NCBI GenBank assembly: GCA_039208735.1
Contig: JBCCQY010000030.1
Span: 1 to 64,000 of the forward strand
DNA: 64,000 nucleotides
Direction of reading: 5' to 3'
From: Myxococcota bacterium
GTDB lineage: Bacteria > Myxococcota_A > UBA796 > GCA-2862545
In this document: positions 9,860 to 19,787 of the stretch, in pieces
Numbering within the stretch: the first letter of the stretch is position 1
Layout: each line of letters opens with the position of its first letter
Notes under the pieces: generated by a model
Databases searched by the model: none
Seen by the model: only the letters and a program-made list of their open reading frames with translations
Told to the model about the DNA's origin: nothing
Translations under genes and position numbers: made by a program

Positions 9860-10390
9860 TTAGCCGCTGCCCTTGATGACGACGAAGCGGAAGTTGCCGA
9901 ACTGCGCCTGGCCTGCGGTGTACATGATTTCACGGACCACCGAAAACGGGATCCGCTTGTCCACCTGCAGCAGGATTTCGCCCTTAAAGCCGAGTTCATC
10001 GTTCTCGGCGCGCTTCCCGATCTCCTTCGCGGTCTCGGCCTTCTCCTGAAGGATGTCGATGAGCTTGGTGATCTCCTGACCACGCTTCTCATCGTCGGGG
10101 ATGGACAGGACTTCCTCACCCGTCTCTTCGCTGATGCTGCGCTCGATGGCGAGCACGAACAGGCCGTCAACCACCAGATCCTTGCGCGAGACCACAACGT
10201 TGACGGCGAGCTTCGCCGGCAGTTCCGCACTCGACACGGGGATTTGGAGATCTTCCGAGGCCGCAACCGAGACATCGTCGGTTTGGTAGCTCTTAAGCAG
10301 GAAGACAAGGATGATGGTCATCATGTCCATCATGGACGTGATGGTGAGGCCTGCATCCGCATTCTGACGGCGGGACTTCTTCTTTCCCAT
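9860..10390 (-). CDS. ExbD/TolR family protein, AglS-like
   Basis: TM LTITSMMDMMTIILVFLLKS with conserved Asp22; periplasmic LLQVDKRIPFSVVREIMYTAGQAQF. Confidence 0.9.
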   Translation of the reverse strand: MGKKKSRRQNADAGLTITSMMDMMTIILVFLLKSYQTDDVSVAASEDLQIPVSSAELPAKLAVNVVVSRKDLVVDGLFVLAIERSISEETGEEVLSIPDDEKRGQEITKLIDILQEKAETAKEIGKRAENDELGFKGEILLQVDKRIPFSVVREIMYTAGQAQFGNFRFVVIKGSG

Positions 10391-10399
10391 TTCAGGACC

Positions 10400-10930
10400 T
10401 CACTGCATGCCGCCGGCGATCACAACGCCGGGAAAGAGTTGACGGGGGAGACCGCCATCGCCCTTCGTCTCAGGGTCCTCACGAGTCGCATCCATGGTCA
10501 TGACCAGGACCTCGTAAGGAATCGTCGACTCGGGGACGAGAATGACGTTCTCTTCGTCTTCGTTGACGTCCTTCACCTTGATGAGGAGCTCGCGGAGCTC
10601 TGCGACATCATAGGCTTCCGCGCCGGGACATCCGGTCTGCTTGCAGTCGATCACGACACCTTTGGTCTCGCCATCGCCTTTCAGCAGCTCGTCATTGCCC
10701 TGAACCACAAAGCCTTCGTCGGTCACCGCGACTTTGAGCGAAAGCGGCGGCTCATCTGTGTCTTCCTCAACCTCTTGCTCTTGGCCGATGGCCGGAAGCG
10801 TAGAGTTGATCACCGCCAAGCTGACGAACGAAGACGCCATCAACAGGAACGGGATGAGGATTGTCACCAGGTTCATGATGGGGACCAGGTCGAGGTCTTC
10901 GGCCTGTTCTCCCCGCTTGCCCTTGGCCAT
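10400..10930 (-). CDS. ExbD/TolR family protein, AglQ-like by position
   Basis: TM LDLVPIMNLVTILIPFLL; VILVPESTIPYEVLVMTMDATRE; ends LFPGVVI. Confidence 0.88.
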   Translation of the reverse strand: MAKGKRGEQAEDLDLVPIMNLVTILIPFLLMASSFVSLAVINSTLPAIGQEQEVEEDTDEPPLSLKVAVTDEGFVVQGNDELLKGDGETKGVVIDCKQTGCPGAEAYDVAELRELLIKVKDVNEDEENVILVPESTIPYEVLVMTMDATREDPETKGDGGLPRQLFPGVVIAGGMQ

Positions 10931-10956
10931 GTGGCCCTCCGGTCCGAGGCCCTAGC

Positions 10957-11616
10957 CTAGGCTTCCGCCGCGGCGTCGTCCTTGAGGTTGCCGCGACGAC
11001 GCGCCGTGAGGAGGTTGATGGTCTTGAGACCGAACTGGTCGATGTCATCGAGGATCTTGTTCGACCGGTTGGTGACGATGGAGTGCAGCACCAGGGTGGG
11101 GATGGCGACCATCAGCCCGCCCGCAGTGGTGAACATGGCGACCGAGATGCCGTTGGCGAGAAGGGTCTGCTTGGTTTCGGCAGACGCGTTGGCCACGGCC
11201 TGGAACGCGATGACAAGGCCCATGATGGTGCCGAGGAGGCCGGTCAGCGTCGCGATGTTCGCGAGCATGGCCAAATACGCGGTGCGCTTGTTGATGAGGG
11301 GGCCCACTTCGAGGGTGGCTTCCTCAATCGAGTTCTCGATCTCCTTCTCGGACCGGTTGGCGCGCGTGAGGCCCGCCTTGACGACGCGCGGAAGCGCCGC
11401 GTGGGGCTCTGCGTTGCAGAGCTTGATGGCGCGGTCGATGTTGTTGGCCATGATCAGCTTCTGGACCTGGGCCATGAACGCGGTCGAATTAATGTTGGCA
11501 CGGAAGACGATGTAGAACAGCCGTTCGAAGGCGATCGCCATCGCGAACACGCCGACGATCAGGATGACGTACATGAACGGTCCGCCTTCCTGGAACATCG
11601 TAATCGGACTGACCAT
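10957..11616 (-). CDS. MotA/TolQ/ExbB proton channel protein, AglR-like
   Basis: Three TMs; GGPFMY, ANIATLTGLLGTIMGL, GISVAMFTTAGGLMVAIP; GGGAGG RBS. Confidence 0.93.
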   Translation of the reverse strand: MVSPITMFQEGGPFMYVILIVGVFAMAIAFERLFYIVFRANINSTAFMAQVQKLIMANNIDRAIKLCNAEPHAALPRVVKAGLTRANRSEKEIENSIEEATLEVGPLINKRTAYLAMLANIATLTGLLGTIMGLVIAFQAVANASAETKQTLLANGISVAMFTTAGGLMVAIPTLVLHSIVTNRSNKILDDIDQFGLKTINLLTARRRGNLKDDAAAEA

Positions 11617-11844
11617 CTCTCATTCCTCCCAAAAGGTCCTGAAGTCCGGGGTTCTCTCTTGCAAGCCCTTTGTTCTGGGCAATCCCGGCGCTCCAACGGA
11701 TGTGCGAATCTACTCTCTGCTCGACCCCCGGCCCATGCCAAGGTGTCAGGAGCCTGTCAGACCTTGCCATGGACGGGGGATGCTGACGTTGGACCTCGGT
11801 GGCCCGAGGCCGTTCGTCAAGGTCTCGTCAGGGACCTCCCGTCC

Positions 11845-12069
11845 CTAAAACGGCGCGCTTTCCACCGACTGAATGATCTTGTCGAGAAAACTCTCCTCGA
11901 GCTTCAACTCGTAGGCCTTATTCAGGTTCTCACGCGAGATGACCACGGTAATCTCGGGCTTGAGAATCTCTCCGACAATCACGAAGTCGTCGTCGGCAGC
12001 CCCGGAGGTAGTCGGCACGACGAGCGTGAGAACGACGAGGACCAGGAGTCCCCACAGACGACGGTTCAT
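11845..12069 (-). CDS. GltF/CglF-like small secreted protein
   Basis: 74 aa, signal peptide, IVGEILKPE...ESFLDKIIQSV pattern; ATGA overlap with the upstream TPR lipoprotein. Confidence 0.75.
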   Translation of the reverse strand: MNRRLWGLLVLVVLTLVVPTTSGAADDDFVIVGEILKPEITVVISRENLNKAYELKLEESFLDKIIQSVESAPF

Positions 12070-13340
12070 GGTGTTTCCTCTTGCGGATCAGGGGGCGGTG
12101 CCTCGTCGGGCGCTTCGGTCGGAGGCGGTTCTGCGGTGGCATCACCTTCCGTTTGGCGCAGCAGCTCCTGCTCTCGCTGACGTTCGAGTTCGCGCTGCTT
12201 GCGAGCCGCTTCTGCCTTCGCCCGTCGTTCCGCGGTCTCGCGTTCCTTGTTGACGGCAGCGATGTAGGTTTGCGCCCGCTCTGGCTCGGCACCACCGGCG
12301 TCCAGATACCGGTTGAAGGCAGCGACCGAAGCCTCGTACTCCTTCAAGGAATCTCCAAGCAAGATCCCAAGATTGAACCATGGATCTGGGCTCTCGGGAG
12401 CCAGTTTGAGCGCGGTTTCGTAGGCTTGCTTGGCCTCGTCGAACCGTTCCATGCCCCGATACGCAATCCCCAGATTGAGATGGACGTCCGGATTGTCTGG
12501 ATCTTGCTTTAAGGCAGTCTCGAGAAGGGGAATCATATCCCCGTAGTTTCGGTCCTCGAGGTAGACCGTGGCGAGGTAGACCAAGGCAGGGACCAAGTCT
12601 GGCTCGAGTTCCACGGCCTTGAGCAACGACTGAATCGCGGCAGGCTTGTTTCCGTCGAGGTAGTGCGACCACCCCAGATTCGTATGCAAGTACGCGTTTG
12701 CACTGGCTCCTTCGACGGACTGCAATGCCTTTTGAAGGATGAATCGTGCCAACGTCATCTCACCCTTGTCGAGGTACGCAAGAGCGAAGTTGTTGTAGAC
12801 GGGCAGCGAACTTGCGTTGACCTTCAGCGCGGCTTTCGCCTCGGCAATGGCATCGTCGGGTCGCCCCAAGGTCCGGAGCACCTGAATGAGCGCCACCCGG
12901 GCACCCATGTTTTCCGAGTCCACGCCAAGCGCATCTCGATACACCGATACCGCTTGATTCGGACGGTCCAGTTGCTCAAGCGCCGATCCTTTGTACACCC
13001 AGGCCTCGGCCCAATCCGGATGCATGGCCAAGACCGTGTCGTACCGAGGCACCGCCTCCGCTAACTTTCCTAGTTTCTGCAGCGCGATTCCGAGATTCAA
13101 CTCGGTCGCCCCTCCAGGGTCCTCGGGAAGGCATTGGGTCAGGATAGCGACGGCAAGCGTCAGATCATCGACTGTGCCGGACTGGATCTTCTCGATCGCG
13201 AGGGCCAGCTTGTCCGCCAATGGTGCATTCGGGTCGAATGTCCCCTCGGTGGGCGCATTCACTACGGTCTCGGCCGGGGCCACCGGCGGCGTCTTCTTTC
13301 CGCATCCCAGCAGCAACCCCAAGGCAAGCCAAGGTCTCAT
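12066..13340 (-). CDS. TPR lipoprotein, GltE/AglT-like
   Basis: Lipobox LLGC (Cys13), serial TPRs (NLGIAL, NNFALAY, NLGIAYRG, FNLGIL), charged coiled-coil tail. Confidence 0.85.
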   Translation of the reverse strand: MRPWLALGLLLGCGKKTPPVAPAETVVNAPTEGTFDPNAPLADKLALAIEKIQSGTVDDLTLAVAILTQCLPEDPGGATELNLGIALQKLGKLAEAVPRYDTVLAMHPDWAEAWVYKGSALEQLDRPNQAVSVYRDALGVDSENMGARVALIQVLRTLGRPDDAIAEAKAALKVNASSLPVYNNFALAYLDKGEMTLARFILQKALQSVEGASANAYLHTNLGWSHYLDGNKPAAIQSLLKAVELEPDLVPALVYLATVYLEDRNYGDMIPLLETALKQDPDNPDVHLNLGIAYRGMERFDEAKQAYETALKLAPESPDPWFNLGILLGDSLKEYEASVAAFNRYLDAGGAEPERAQTYIAAVNKERETAERRAKAEAARKQRELERQREQELLRQTEGDATAEPPPTEAPDEAPPPDPQEETP

Positions 13341-16300
13341 GGCGCCTCCTCGGACGGAGCAGGGGGCAGCTCGGCCAACCCGTCGAGGGTGCGGGGCACC
13401 AGTTCGACGGGGATCGACGAGTCCGTCCCCCCCTGGATTTCATTCTTGATCGCAGGGAAGTCACTGGGGCGACGACGATTCAGCTCGTTGTAGGCTGCAT
13501 CGATAAAGCGGGAGTGCCGCTTCTGCTCTTTGGCCGCGTCGGTAAGCTGCTCGAGGCGTCTTAGGCCGACTTCCTCAATCTCGTAGTACTGTGGAAAGAC
13601 CTTCTCTTGCAGGATGTCTTCGTACAACCAGCAGTCTTCTTCAGCCATTCCCGAGGGACACTGGATCGAAAGCCCAAGGTCCGCAAAGTAGAGCGCCGCT
13701 TGGCCTTGAAGGAGCAGGGCCCCAGAAACGTATTCGAAGCTTCGATAGCGATCGATGAACGTCTTGATCTCTGCCTCGAGATCCTTGAGCTGCGCGGGCT
13801 TGGTCTGGTTGAGAAGCGCTGCGTCACGGGTCTCATTGCCCGTGAGCTGGTCGGCGCTAAACGCAGCAAACGTGCGCTCGAGGGTCGGGAACGCGGTGGC
13901 GGCGGCGTACCGATGCCCATTCGCCCCAATCTCGGCCCCCGCTGCCGCCAGCTTGTCAAAGGTGTCGACAATGACCTGGTCCTGCTTGTTGACCTGACGA
14001 AGCCGGGCCCCTTGCTGCCGGAGCAGCTGCCCAATCTTGTACTGGCTCTCGATGACGTGATCTGGGTTTTCGCTGGGGTATTTGCGCAGGTACCGGCGAT
14101 AGAAGGCCAACGCTTCGTCGGCTCCCACCGCTTCCCATTGTTCACCCGCAAGCCAAAGAATCGCCTCGCGATCTTGTTGATCGGGGTACTTCGCCTCGTA
14201 GATCTCGAAGCCCTCGGCGGCCTCCCGATGGCGCTTGAGCCCGATCAGCAGAAACGATCGGTTGAACTGTGCATCCGCCTGCTCGGAAGACGACGCATCG
14301 GGATGGTCGAGCAATCGGTCATAGTAGTCTTCGGCTTTCGCAAGCTCGAATGCGGATTCGTAGTTGGCCGCGATCCGGAAGAGCAATCCGAGCGACCGCT
14401 TATCCTTTGGATAGTCCTGGACAAACTGCTCATACATCGCGTTCGACTGCTCGATCTTTCCCGCCCGCTGGTAGTAGAACGCTGCGTTGTACAGCGCATC
14501 CGAATCGAACTCCGACGAAGGAAATTCCTCTCGGAACGCCAAGAACGCCTCGGCCGCCTTCATGTTGTCCCCTCGATCGGCATGGGACATCGCAAGCTGG
14601 AACGTCGAGCCCTCCAACGTGCCCCGAAACCGCTCGGGATCGATGTCCGTCGCAGGACCAGGAGGATTCACCGTAAAGCGCATCGTGGCTTGCCGGACCT
14701 GCTCCAAGTCGCCCTCGGCGAGGTAGCTGTCCACGAGCAACCCTGCCGCGTAGTTGGCTTCGATACTGCGCGGATAATCCGCAATCAGGGACTCAAAGCG
14801 TTTGCGCGCGTCCGCATATCGACGGTGGTGAAACAGGATTTGCGAAGTCAGGTACATGAGCGAAGGACGCTTGTTTTCGACTTCGGAGGCGTAGTCGGGA
14901 AGGTCGGGGTCCACGGCCTCCGAGAACGTGTGCTGGACCACCCGATCCGCAGCGTCGATGAACGCAATCCGCTCGTCGCTTAGCGCCAGTACCTCGACCG
15001 TCTCGCCGAACGCGGTCTCTTCCGTCCGCTCCACCACCGGCTCGGCCGGCGGTGCATTGGGGTCGTGCCCCAGTGCCGTCATCAGCTGGTAACGGACGTC
15101 CATCGTCGAATACAACGCCGCATCGCCGTAGGGGTGGTACCGACGGCTCTTGAACAACGATGCATACTCGGCCAGCGCACCGTCGTAGTCCTGGCCGAGC
15201 TTGAGGGAGTCGGCCAGGAACCAAGCCTGCTTGTAGTAGTCGTCCGAAATGGGGAACCGGTCGACATAGGCGCGATACTTGCTGGCAGCGAGCAGGAATT
15301 CCTCTGGCGACCCCGAGTCTTGCGCGCGCACCCGATACTCGATGGCGACGTCCAACAGGGAACTTTCGATGAAGCTGCGAGCGACCGCGAGCGCTTCGGG
15401 GTCGCTCCGGTTGGCGTCCCACCACGCGGAACCTTCGACGTACCGTTCGATGAACTCAAGCCGTTCTTCACCGGCCTTCTGCAGGTCTCGAGCCACGCCA
15501 GACTGCAACTGCTTGATGAGTTCGATCTGGTGTTTGGGATTGTCGGGCTCCATCGTCCAGCGTTCGTCGTTTTGGAGCACATCGTAGGTGGCCATCGCCT
15601 CTTCGGGACGTGTGTAGCGCAACAGCACGTCGGCCAGCTCGATGAACACATCGCGCTCGAAGGGTCGGGCTCCGATCTTGGTGAAGTACCGCTGTGCGAT
15701 GACCTCGGCCGGCTCATCGAGGTCGTAGCCGAGGTCGGCAAACGAAAATGCCATGAACCGACGGGCATCTGGAGCAAAAGCACTCACCCGACCGGTATCG
15801 AGCTTTTGCTGATGAGATGCATCGAGCAGCTCGGTGAATAACGCCAACGCAGAGTCGAACTCATTGAGCTTGTAGCGAGCCCACGCGAGCTGATAGAGGC
15901 CTTCCATGTAGTACTTCGACGCGGCGCCCTTTTCGTACACCGCCTCGTAATGGGCGATGGCCTCATCATAGAGGTTGTCTGCAAAGGCGAAGTTGCCCAA
16001 GAAGAGGTGGGCGCGGTCGGCCAGCTCCGAATCTGCCGTCACCGCGATAATGTCGGCGAAGGCCTGTTTCGCGAGGGCCTCGTCATACTGAACGTTGTTC
16101 GAGTCGTTGTAGACGAACCCCATCATCAGGTAGGTGCCGTCGAGACGTTCGTACCGGTCGCGTGGCGACCGCGGGAGGTTGTCATCGATGATGGTCTGGT
16201 ACAGCGACAACGACTCAGAGAGGTCACGAAGCGGCTGTTCGCCTAGTGCTTCCAACTCCTCTTCCGACAGGTCCGGATTGTCGAGCTGCTCAAAGTACGT

Positions 16301-16663
16301 CGCGGCTTCTTCCTGCCACCGCTCACTCGCCCGCTCATACAACAGGTCGGCAAGGCGAAACCGTACGTGCGAGGCGTACGCCGTGTGAGGATAGCGGGAC
16401 AAGAACAGTTCGAAATTGGTGATCGCCGTTTCGCGCTGCACGCGCTCCGCGCTCCGCAGTTCGGCCAACCGGGGCTCCAGCTCCGCGAGGATGGCCGCGC
16501 GTTCTTCTTCCTCCCGCAGATCGACGTAGGCACGGGTATCGGCGTCCAGCTCCCCCATGCGTTCGACGAAGCGCTGGCGGGCGTCGGCGTGGGCCCCCCG
16601 TTCATCCATGGTGGCCACTTCGGCGGACTGCGCACCCAGGACAGCCAACAGCAAACCGGTCAC
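13337..16663 (-). CDS. Large secreted TPR protein, GltD/AgmU-like
   Basis: 1108 aa, short signal peptide, many TPR/YfiO-like repeats (FRLADLLYE, YQLAWARYK, ALYNAA); GTGA overlap with upstream gene. Confidence 0.82.
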   Translation of the reverse strand: MTGLLLAVLGAQSAEVATMDERGAHADARQRFVERMGELDADTRAYVDLREEEERAAILAELEPRLAELRSAERVQRETAITNFELFLSRYPHTAYASHVRFRLADLLYERASERWQEEAATYFEQLDNPDLSEEELEALGEQPLRDLSESLSLYQTIIDDNLPRSPRDRYERLDGTYLMMGFVYNDSNNVQYDEALAKQAFADIIAVTADSELADRAHLFLGNFAFADNLYDEAIAHYEAVYEKGAASKYYMEGLYQLAWARYKLNEFDSALALFTELLDASHQQKLDTGRVSAFAPDARRFMAFSFADLGYDLDEPAEVIAQRYFTKIGARPFERDVFIELADVLLRYTRPEEAMATYDVLQNDERWTMEPDNPKHQIELIKQLQSGVARDLQKAGEERLEFIERYVEGSAWWDANRSDPEALAVARSFIESSLLDVAIEYRVRAQDSGSPEEFLLAASKYRAYVDRFPISDDYYKQAWFLADSLKLGQDYDGALAEYASLFKSRRYHPYGDAALYSTMDVRYQLMTALGHDPNAPPAEPVVERTEETAFGETVEVLALSDERIAFIDAADRVVQHTFSEAVDPDLPDYASEVENKRPSLMYLTSQILFHHRRYADARKRFESLIADYPRSIEANYAAGLLVDSYLAEGDLEQVRQATMRFTVNPPGPATDIDPERFRGTLEGSTFQLAMSHADRGDNMKAAEAFLAFREEFPSSEFDSDALYNAAFYYQRAGKIEQSNAMYEQFVQDYPKDKRSLGLLFRIAANYESAFELAKAEDYYDRLLDHPDASSSEQADAQFNRSFLLIGLKRHREAAEGFEIYEAKYPDQQDREAILWLAGEQWEAVGADEALAFYRRYLRKYPSENPDHVIESQYKIGQLLRQQGARLRQVNKQDQVIVDTFDKLAAAGAEIGANGHRYAAATAFPTLERTFAAFSADQLTGNETRDAALLNQTKPAQLKDLEAEIKTFIDRYRSFEYVSGALLLQGQAALYFADLGLSIQCPSGMAEEDCWLYEDILQEKVFPQYYEIEEVGLRRLEQLTDAAKEQKRHSRFIDAAYNELNRRRPSDFPAIKNEIQGGTDSSIPVELVPRTLDGLAELPPAPSEEAP

Positions 16664-18936
16664 GGCGAATCTCCAAGCTTAGACCGAATAAGTTCGAACC
16701 TTCGTTCGAGTTCACCCGTCCGCACTTCCTGCTCGGCCTTGGTTTGACCGATCGCATCGGACTGCTTGAGCTTGCGCGCCCAATGGACGTCCACGATGCC
16801 CATGTCAGCCTTCTCCATCGAGGAGGCAAAGAAGTCTTCGAGCCGTCCAAACCCGCTACGGGTGAGCCGGGACGATACCGAGCGTGCTGCATCGAGGGTG
16901 CCCGAGTACGCAGCCCGTTGCGCTCCGACCGCCGAGACCTCGGCATCGAACTGGCTCTGCAAGCGGCCCAACTCCCCGTCCGCCGCCTCACCGATGAGCC
17001 TCAGCACCTTGCCGAGGTCGGCGTAGCCCGTTTCGAGCACCTCATCGGTGGTTTCGATCCGGGCCAGCAGGATCTGAGCGGCCTCGTCGGCGGGCCATTC
17101 CGCGACGAGCTGCTGGGTGAGCCGGCCCACCGCCCCTTCGTGCACGTCGAAAAGACTGTAAGGCACTCGGTCGATGTCATGAGGCACCGGGGTGTTCACA
17201 ATCGCCGTCTCAAGCGCGGCCAGATCGACGCGTTCCGCTGCGATGCTCGACTTGAGCTGTTGAGCGCGATTCACCAACACCGGGTCGATGGCCTCGCCCC
17301 CATCCGATTGCAGCGCCAGCCGGGTGGTGACGGTCGAAAGCTCATCGCTCATCGCGTCAACCCGTTCACGGACCCGAGCCGCCTCCGAACGCCGCCGCCC
17401 AACCTCTTTTTCGTACCGGTTCAACGATGCACGGGCTGCCTCGACGGTCGCCTGAGGCCGTTCGAGGTCCGAAAGCAACTGTTGACGGCGCTCGGCCAGG
17501 GCCAAAATGCGCTCGGGGGCCATGCCTGGCTGATCGGTCAGCCACGCGATCTGGAGTTCAGCCAACCCCAAACGCTGTTCGAGGATCTGCCCCCGTTGGT
17601 ACATCGCCTGGGCACGCAGCGACGTGAACGAACCCAATCCCTGCGCGTTCAGGAAGACCTGGAGGTCCTTGATGAGTCGATCGGAGGCGTCGAGGGCCTT
17701 GCGCTGTTGGTCCAGGTCTTCGAACACCTCGACCGCCCTGGCGAGTAGCGGATCTTCCCGCATCATCGACACGGCGTAGTCCGGCAGGCCCGAGGCCCCT
17801 CGCAGGTCCTCGATCACCTCACGCACCTCGGCGTTGGTGTCCGATCCGGGCTCCGACAAGGCCTGGAACCGGTCATGGACGGGACGGTATTCGCGAATGA
17901 CACGCTCGTAGCTGGTCAGGGCTGAGTCCCAGTTCTGATCCTGAACGTGCAGGTGGCCGCGAAGAAGGAGCAACTGGGCCGCGTACTCATGGTTGGGAAA
18001 CGCCATGAGAAAGACCTCGACGTTGTGGATGGCCTCCATCCACCGCTCCTGACGAATCGACGCCCAGATCGTCTCGTAGAGCTTGTCATCGAGGAGTTCG
18101 CCGTCGGTGCTTACCTCGGCGTAGCGTTGCGATGCCTTCGCAAAGTCGCCGCTGTGGTAGTGCAGGCGCCCCAATGCGAGCAATGCGCGGTCCTTGACCT
18201 GGCCATCGACCTCGGTGCGAACCTTGCGGGCCACCACTCCTTGAAACACCTCGATGGCCCGTTCCAGTTCGCCCTGTTGGGTGGCGATGACGCCCAGAAA
18301 GTACTGGCTTCGCGATGCGAACGGGTCACTGTCCGGCAGCGAGGCAAAGGCTTGCTGGGCGGCACTGAGGTCGCCCTGTTGGTAGTGTCCCTTCGCCAAG
18401 GCGTAGAGCACTTGGCCCGTCGGTTTCACGCGTCCCGACGCGATTTCGCGCTCGTAGACGGCGAGGAATGCAGACCGGTCCCGAACCGCGGCGTACACCT
18501 CGAGAAGTTTGCGCACGGCATCGGCGTAGAACGGGTGCTTGCGATCGCGGACCACGGCCTCGAAACGCTCGGCCGCCGCGTGGAGGTTGCCCATGGCCAG
18601 CAACGATTCGGCATACGTCCATTCGGCATCACGACGCATGCCCGCGTCCGCGAACGCGTTGGTCGACAACAGGGTGTAAAGCGACTCTGCCGCCCGTTCC
18701 GAGTCGCCGACCATCTGTAGGAACACGGCCTCGTCGAATCGCGCCGACACTTCTTCGGGACTGAGCGGAGACGTTGGCCCCACCTGGCCCCTAAGGTTGT
18801 CGACCACCCGAGCGATGGCGACGGCCTCTCGGTCGAACACCTCCAACCGAGATTCGATCGAAGAGGCCTCGGCGCTCGGCAGGACACCGAACCACCCCAG
18901 CCCCAACCCCAGGCACGCTTCAGTCAGCCGGCGCAT
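16660..18936 (-). CDS. Secreted TPR plus coiled-coil protein (GltC-like position)
   Basis: GAGGG before ATG 18936, signal peptide ...SAEA, TPRs (QYFLGVI, LLALGRLHY), long coiled coil, C-terminal KADMGIVDVHW. Confidence 0.8.
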   Translation of the reverse strand: MRRLTEACLGLGLGWFGVLPSAEASSIESRLEVFDREAVAIARVVDNLRGQVGPTSPLSPEEVSARFDEAVFLQMVGDSERAAESLYTLLSTNAFADAGMRRDAEWTYAESLLAMGNLHAAAERFEAVVRDRKHPFYADAVRKLLEVYAAVRDRSAFLAVYEREIASGRVKPTGQVLYALAKGHYQQGDLSAAQQAFASLPDSDPFASRSQYFLGVIATQQGELERAIEVFQGVVARKVRTEVDGQVKDRALLALGRLHYHSGDFAKASQRYAEVSTDGELLDDKLYETIWASIRQERWMEAIHNVEVFLMAFPNHEYAAQLLLLRGHLHVQDQNWDSALTSYERVIREYRPVHDRFQALSEPGSDTNAEVREVIEDLRGASGLPDYAVSMMREDPLLARAVEVFEDLDQQRKALDASDRLIKDLQVFLNAQGLGSFTSLRAQAMYQRGQILEQRLGLAELQIAWLTDQPGMAPERILALAERRQQLLSDLERPQATVEAARASLNRYEKEVGRRRSEAARVRERVDAMSDELSTVTTRLALQSDGGEAIDPVLVNRAQQLKSSIAAERVDLAALETAIVNTPVPHDIDRVPYSLFDVHEGAVGRLTQQLVAEWPADEAAQILLARIETTDEVLETGYADLGKVLRLIGEAADGELGRLQSQFDAEVSAVGAQRAAYSGTLDAARSVSSRLTRSGFGRLEDFFASSMEKADMGIVDVHWARKLKQSDAIGQTKAEQEVRTGELERRFELIRSKLGDSP

Positions 18937-19762
18937 TGTCGTCCCTCGCGTCGCGGGGCCGCACCTTGTCGGCCTTCTTCTTTTTGCGGCCTCCGGAGCG
19001 CTCTTCGGGTGCCTCTCCATCCGTCTCGCGGAAGATGTGCTTGCGCTCGTCGTAGCGGACGGTGGGTCGCTCTTCGAAGTTGCGGAAGCCCCCCCGACTG
19101 TCCACCACCACCCGAATCAGCGAGACCTTTCCTTCCTCGATGGTGAACTGGTAGGAAGACTGCACCTTGAATTGGAAGGACTCGAGGTAGCTGAAGATGC
19201 GAAAGCCGCGCCCGCGAAGCACCAGGTTCACCTGAAGCGTGTGAGGGCCCGCGGCCAGGGGTTGTTCGTGAAACTTCAGTTCTTGGATTTCATCGAGCGA
19301 CCCATCAGGGTCGATGCGCGTAAAAACGTTCTTGCCATCGATGAAGTACTGGACCGACTCAAGGCCATAGCCACCACCAAGGTCGTTGACGTGCCACAGC
19401 ACCACCCGCGATCCGGAGGCCGCAGCGTCGACCACGAGTTCCTTGAGAAGTTTGAGGGTGGCTTTGGAGCGAAACACCCGCTCCTTCAACTGCCCCACTT
19501 CCTCTTCCACGGAGCGGAGCTCGCGGTGAAACTCCGATGCGGCGTGACGTCGAGCCGCACCCGTCTCTTCGACGTTGCGGTCGACGGCGGCCGTCGCATC
19601 CGATTCATCGCTCGCCTCTAAGGCCTCCTCAGCAGGCGGTTCAGCCGGCGGAGATGGCTCGGCCCGGGCATCTGGGTCGGCAGGCTGGGCCAGGACCGCA
19701 GGCCCGCCGAGGCACAGCCAACCGACGAGGGCGCAGCTTAGCGCAAAGCGGACCACTGACAA
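18920..19762 (-). CDS. Conserved secreted protein (coiled coil plus beta-sandwich)
   Basis: GGAGG before TTG start, signal peptide ...AVLA-Q, LKERVFRSKATL coiled coil, beta-rich FSYLESFQFKVQSSY domain. Confidence 0.82.
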   Translation of the reverse strand: MSVVRFALSCALVGWLCLGGPAVLAQPADPDARAEPSPPAEPPAEEALEASDESDATAAVDRNVEETGAARRHAASEFHRELRSVEEEVGQLKERVFRSKATLKLLKELVVDAAASGSRVVLWHVNDLGGGYGLESVQYFIDGKNVFTRIDPDGSLDEIQELKFHEQPLAAGPHTLQVNLVLRGRGFRIFSYLESFQFKVQSSYQFTIEEGKVSLIRVVVDSRGGFRNFEERPTVRYDERKHIFRETDGEAPEERSGGRKKKKADKVRPRDARDDNAPAD

Positions 19763-19787
19763 ACGACGCCTCCAAACAGCTCGTTTG

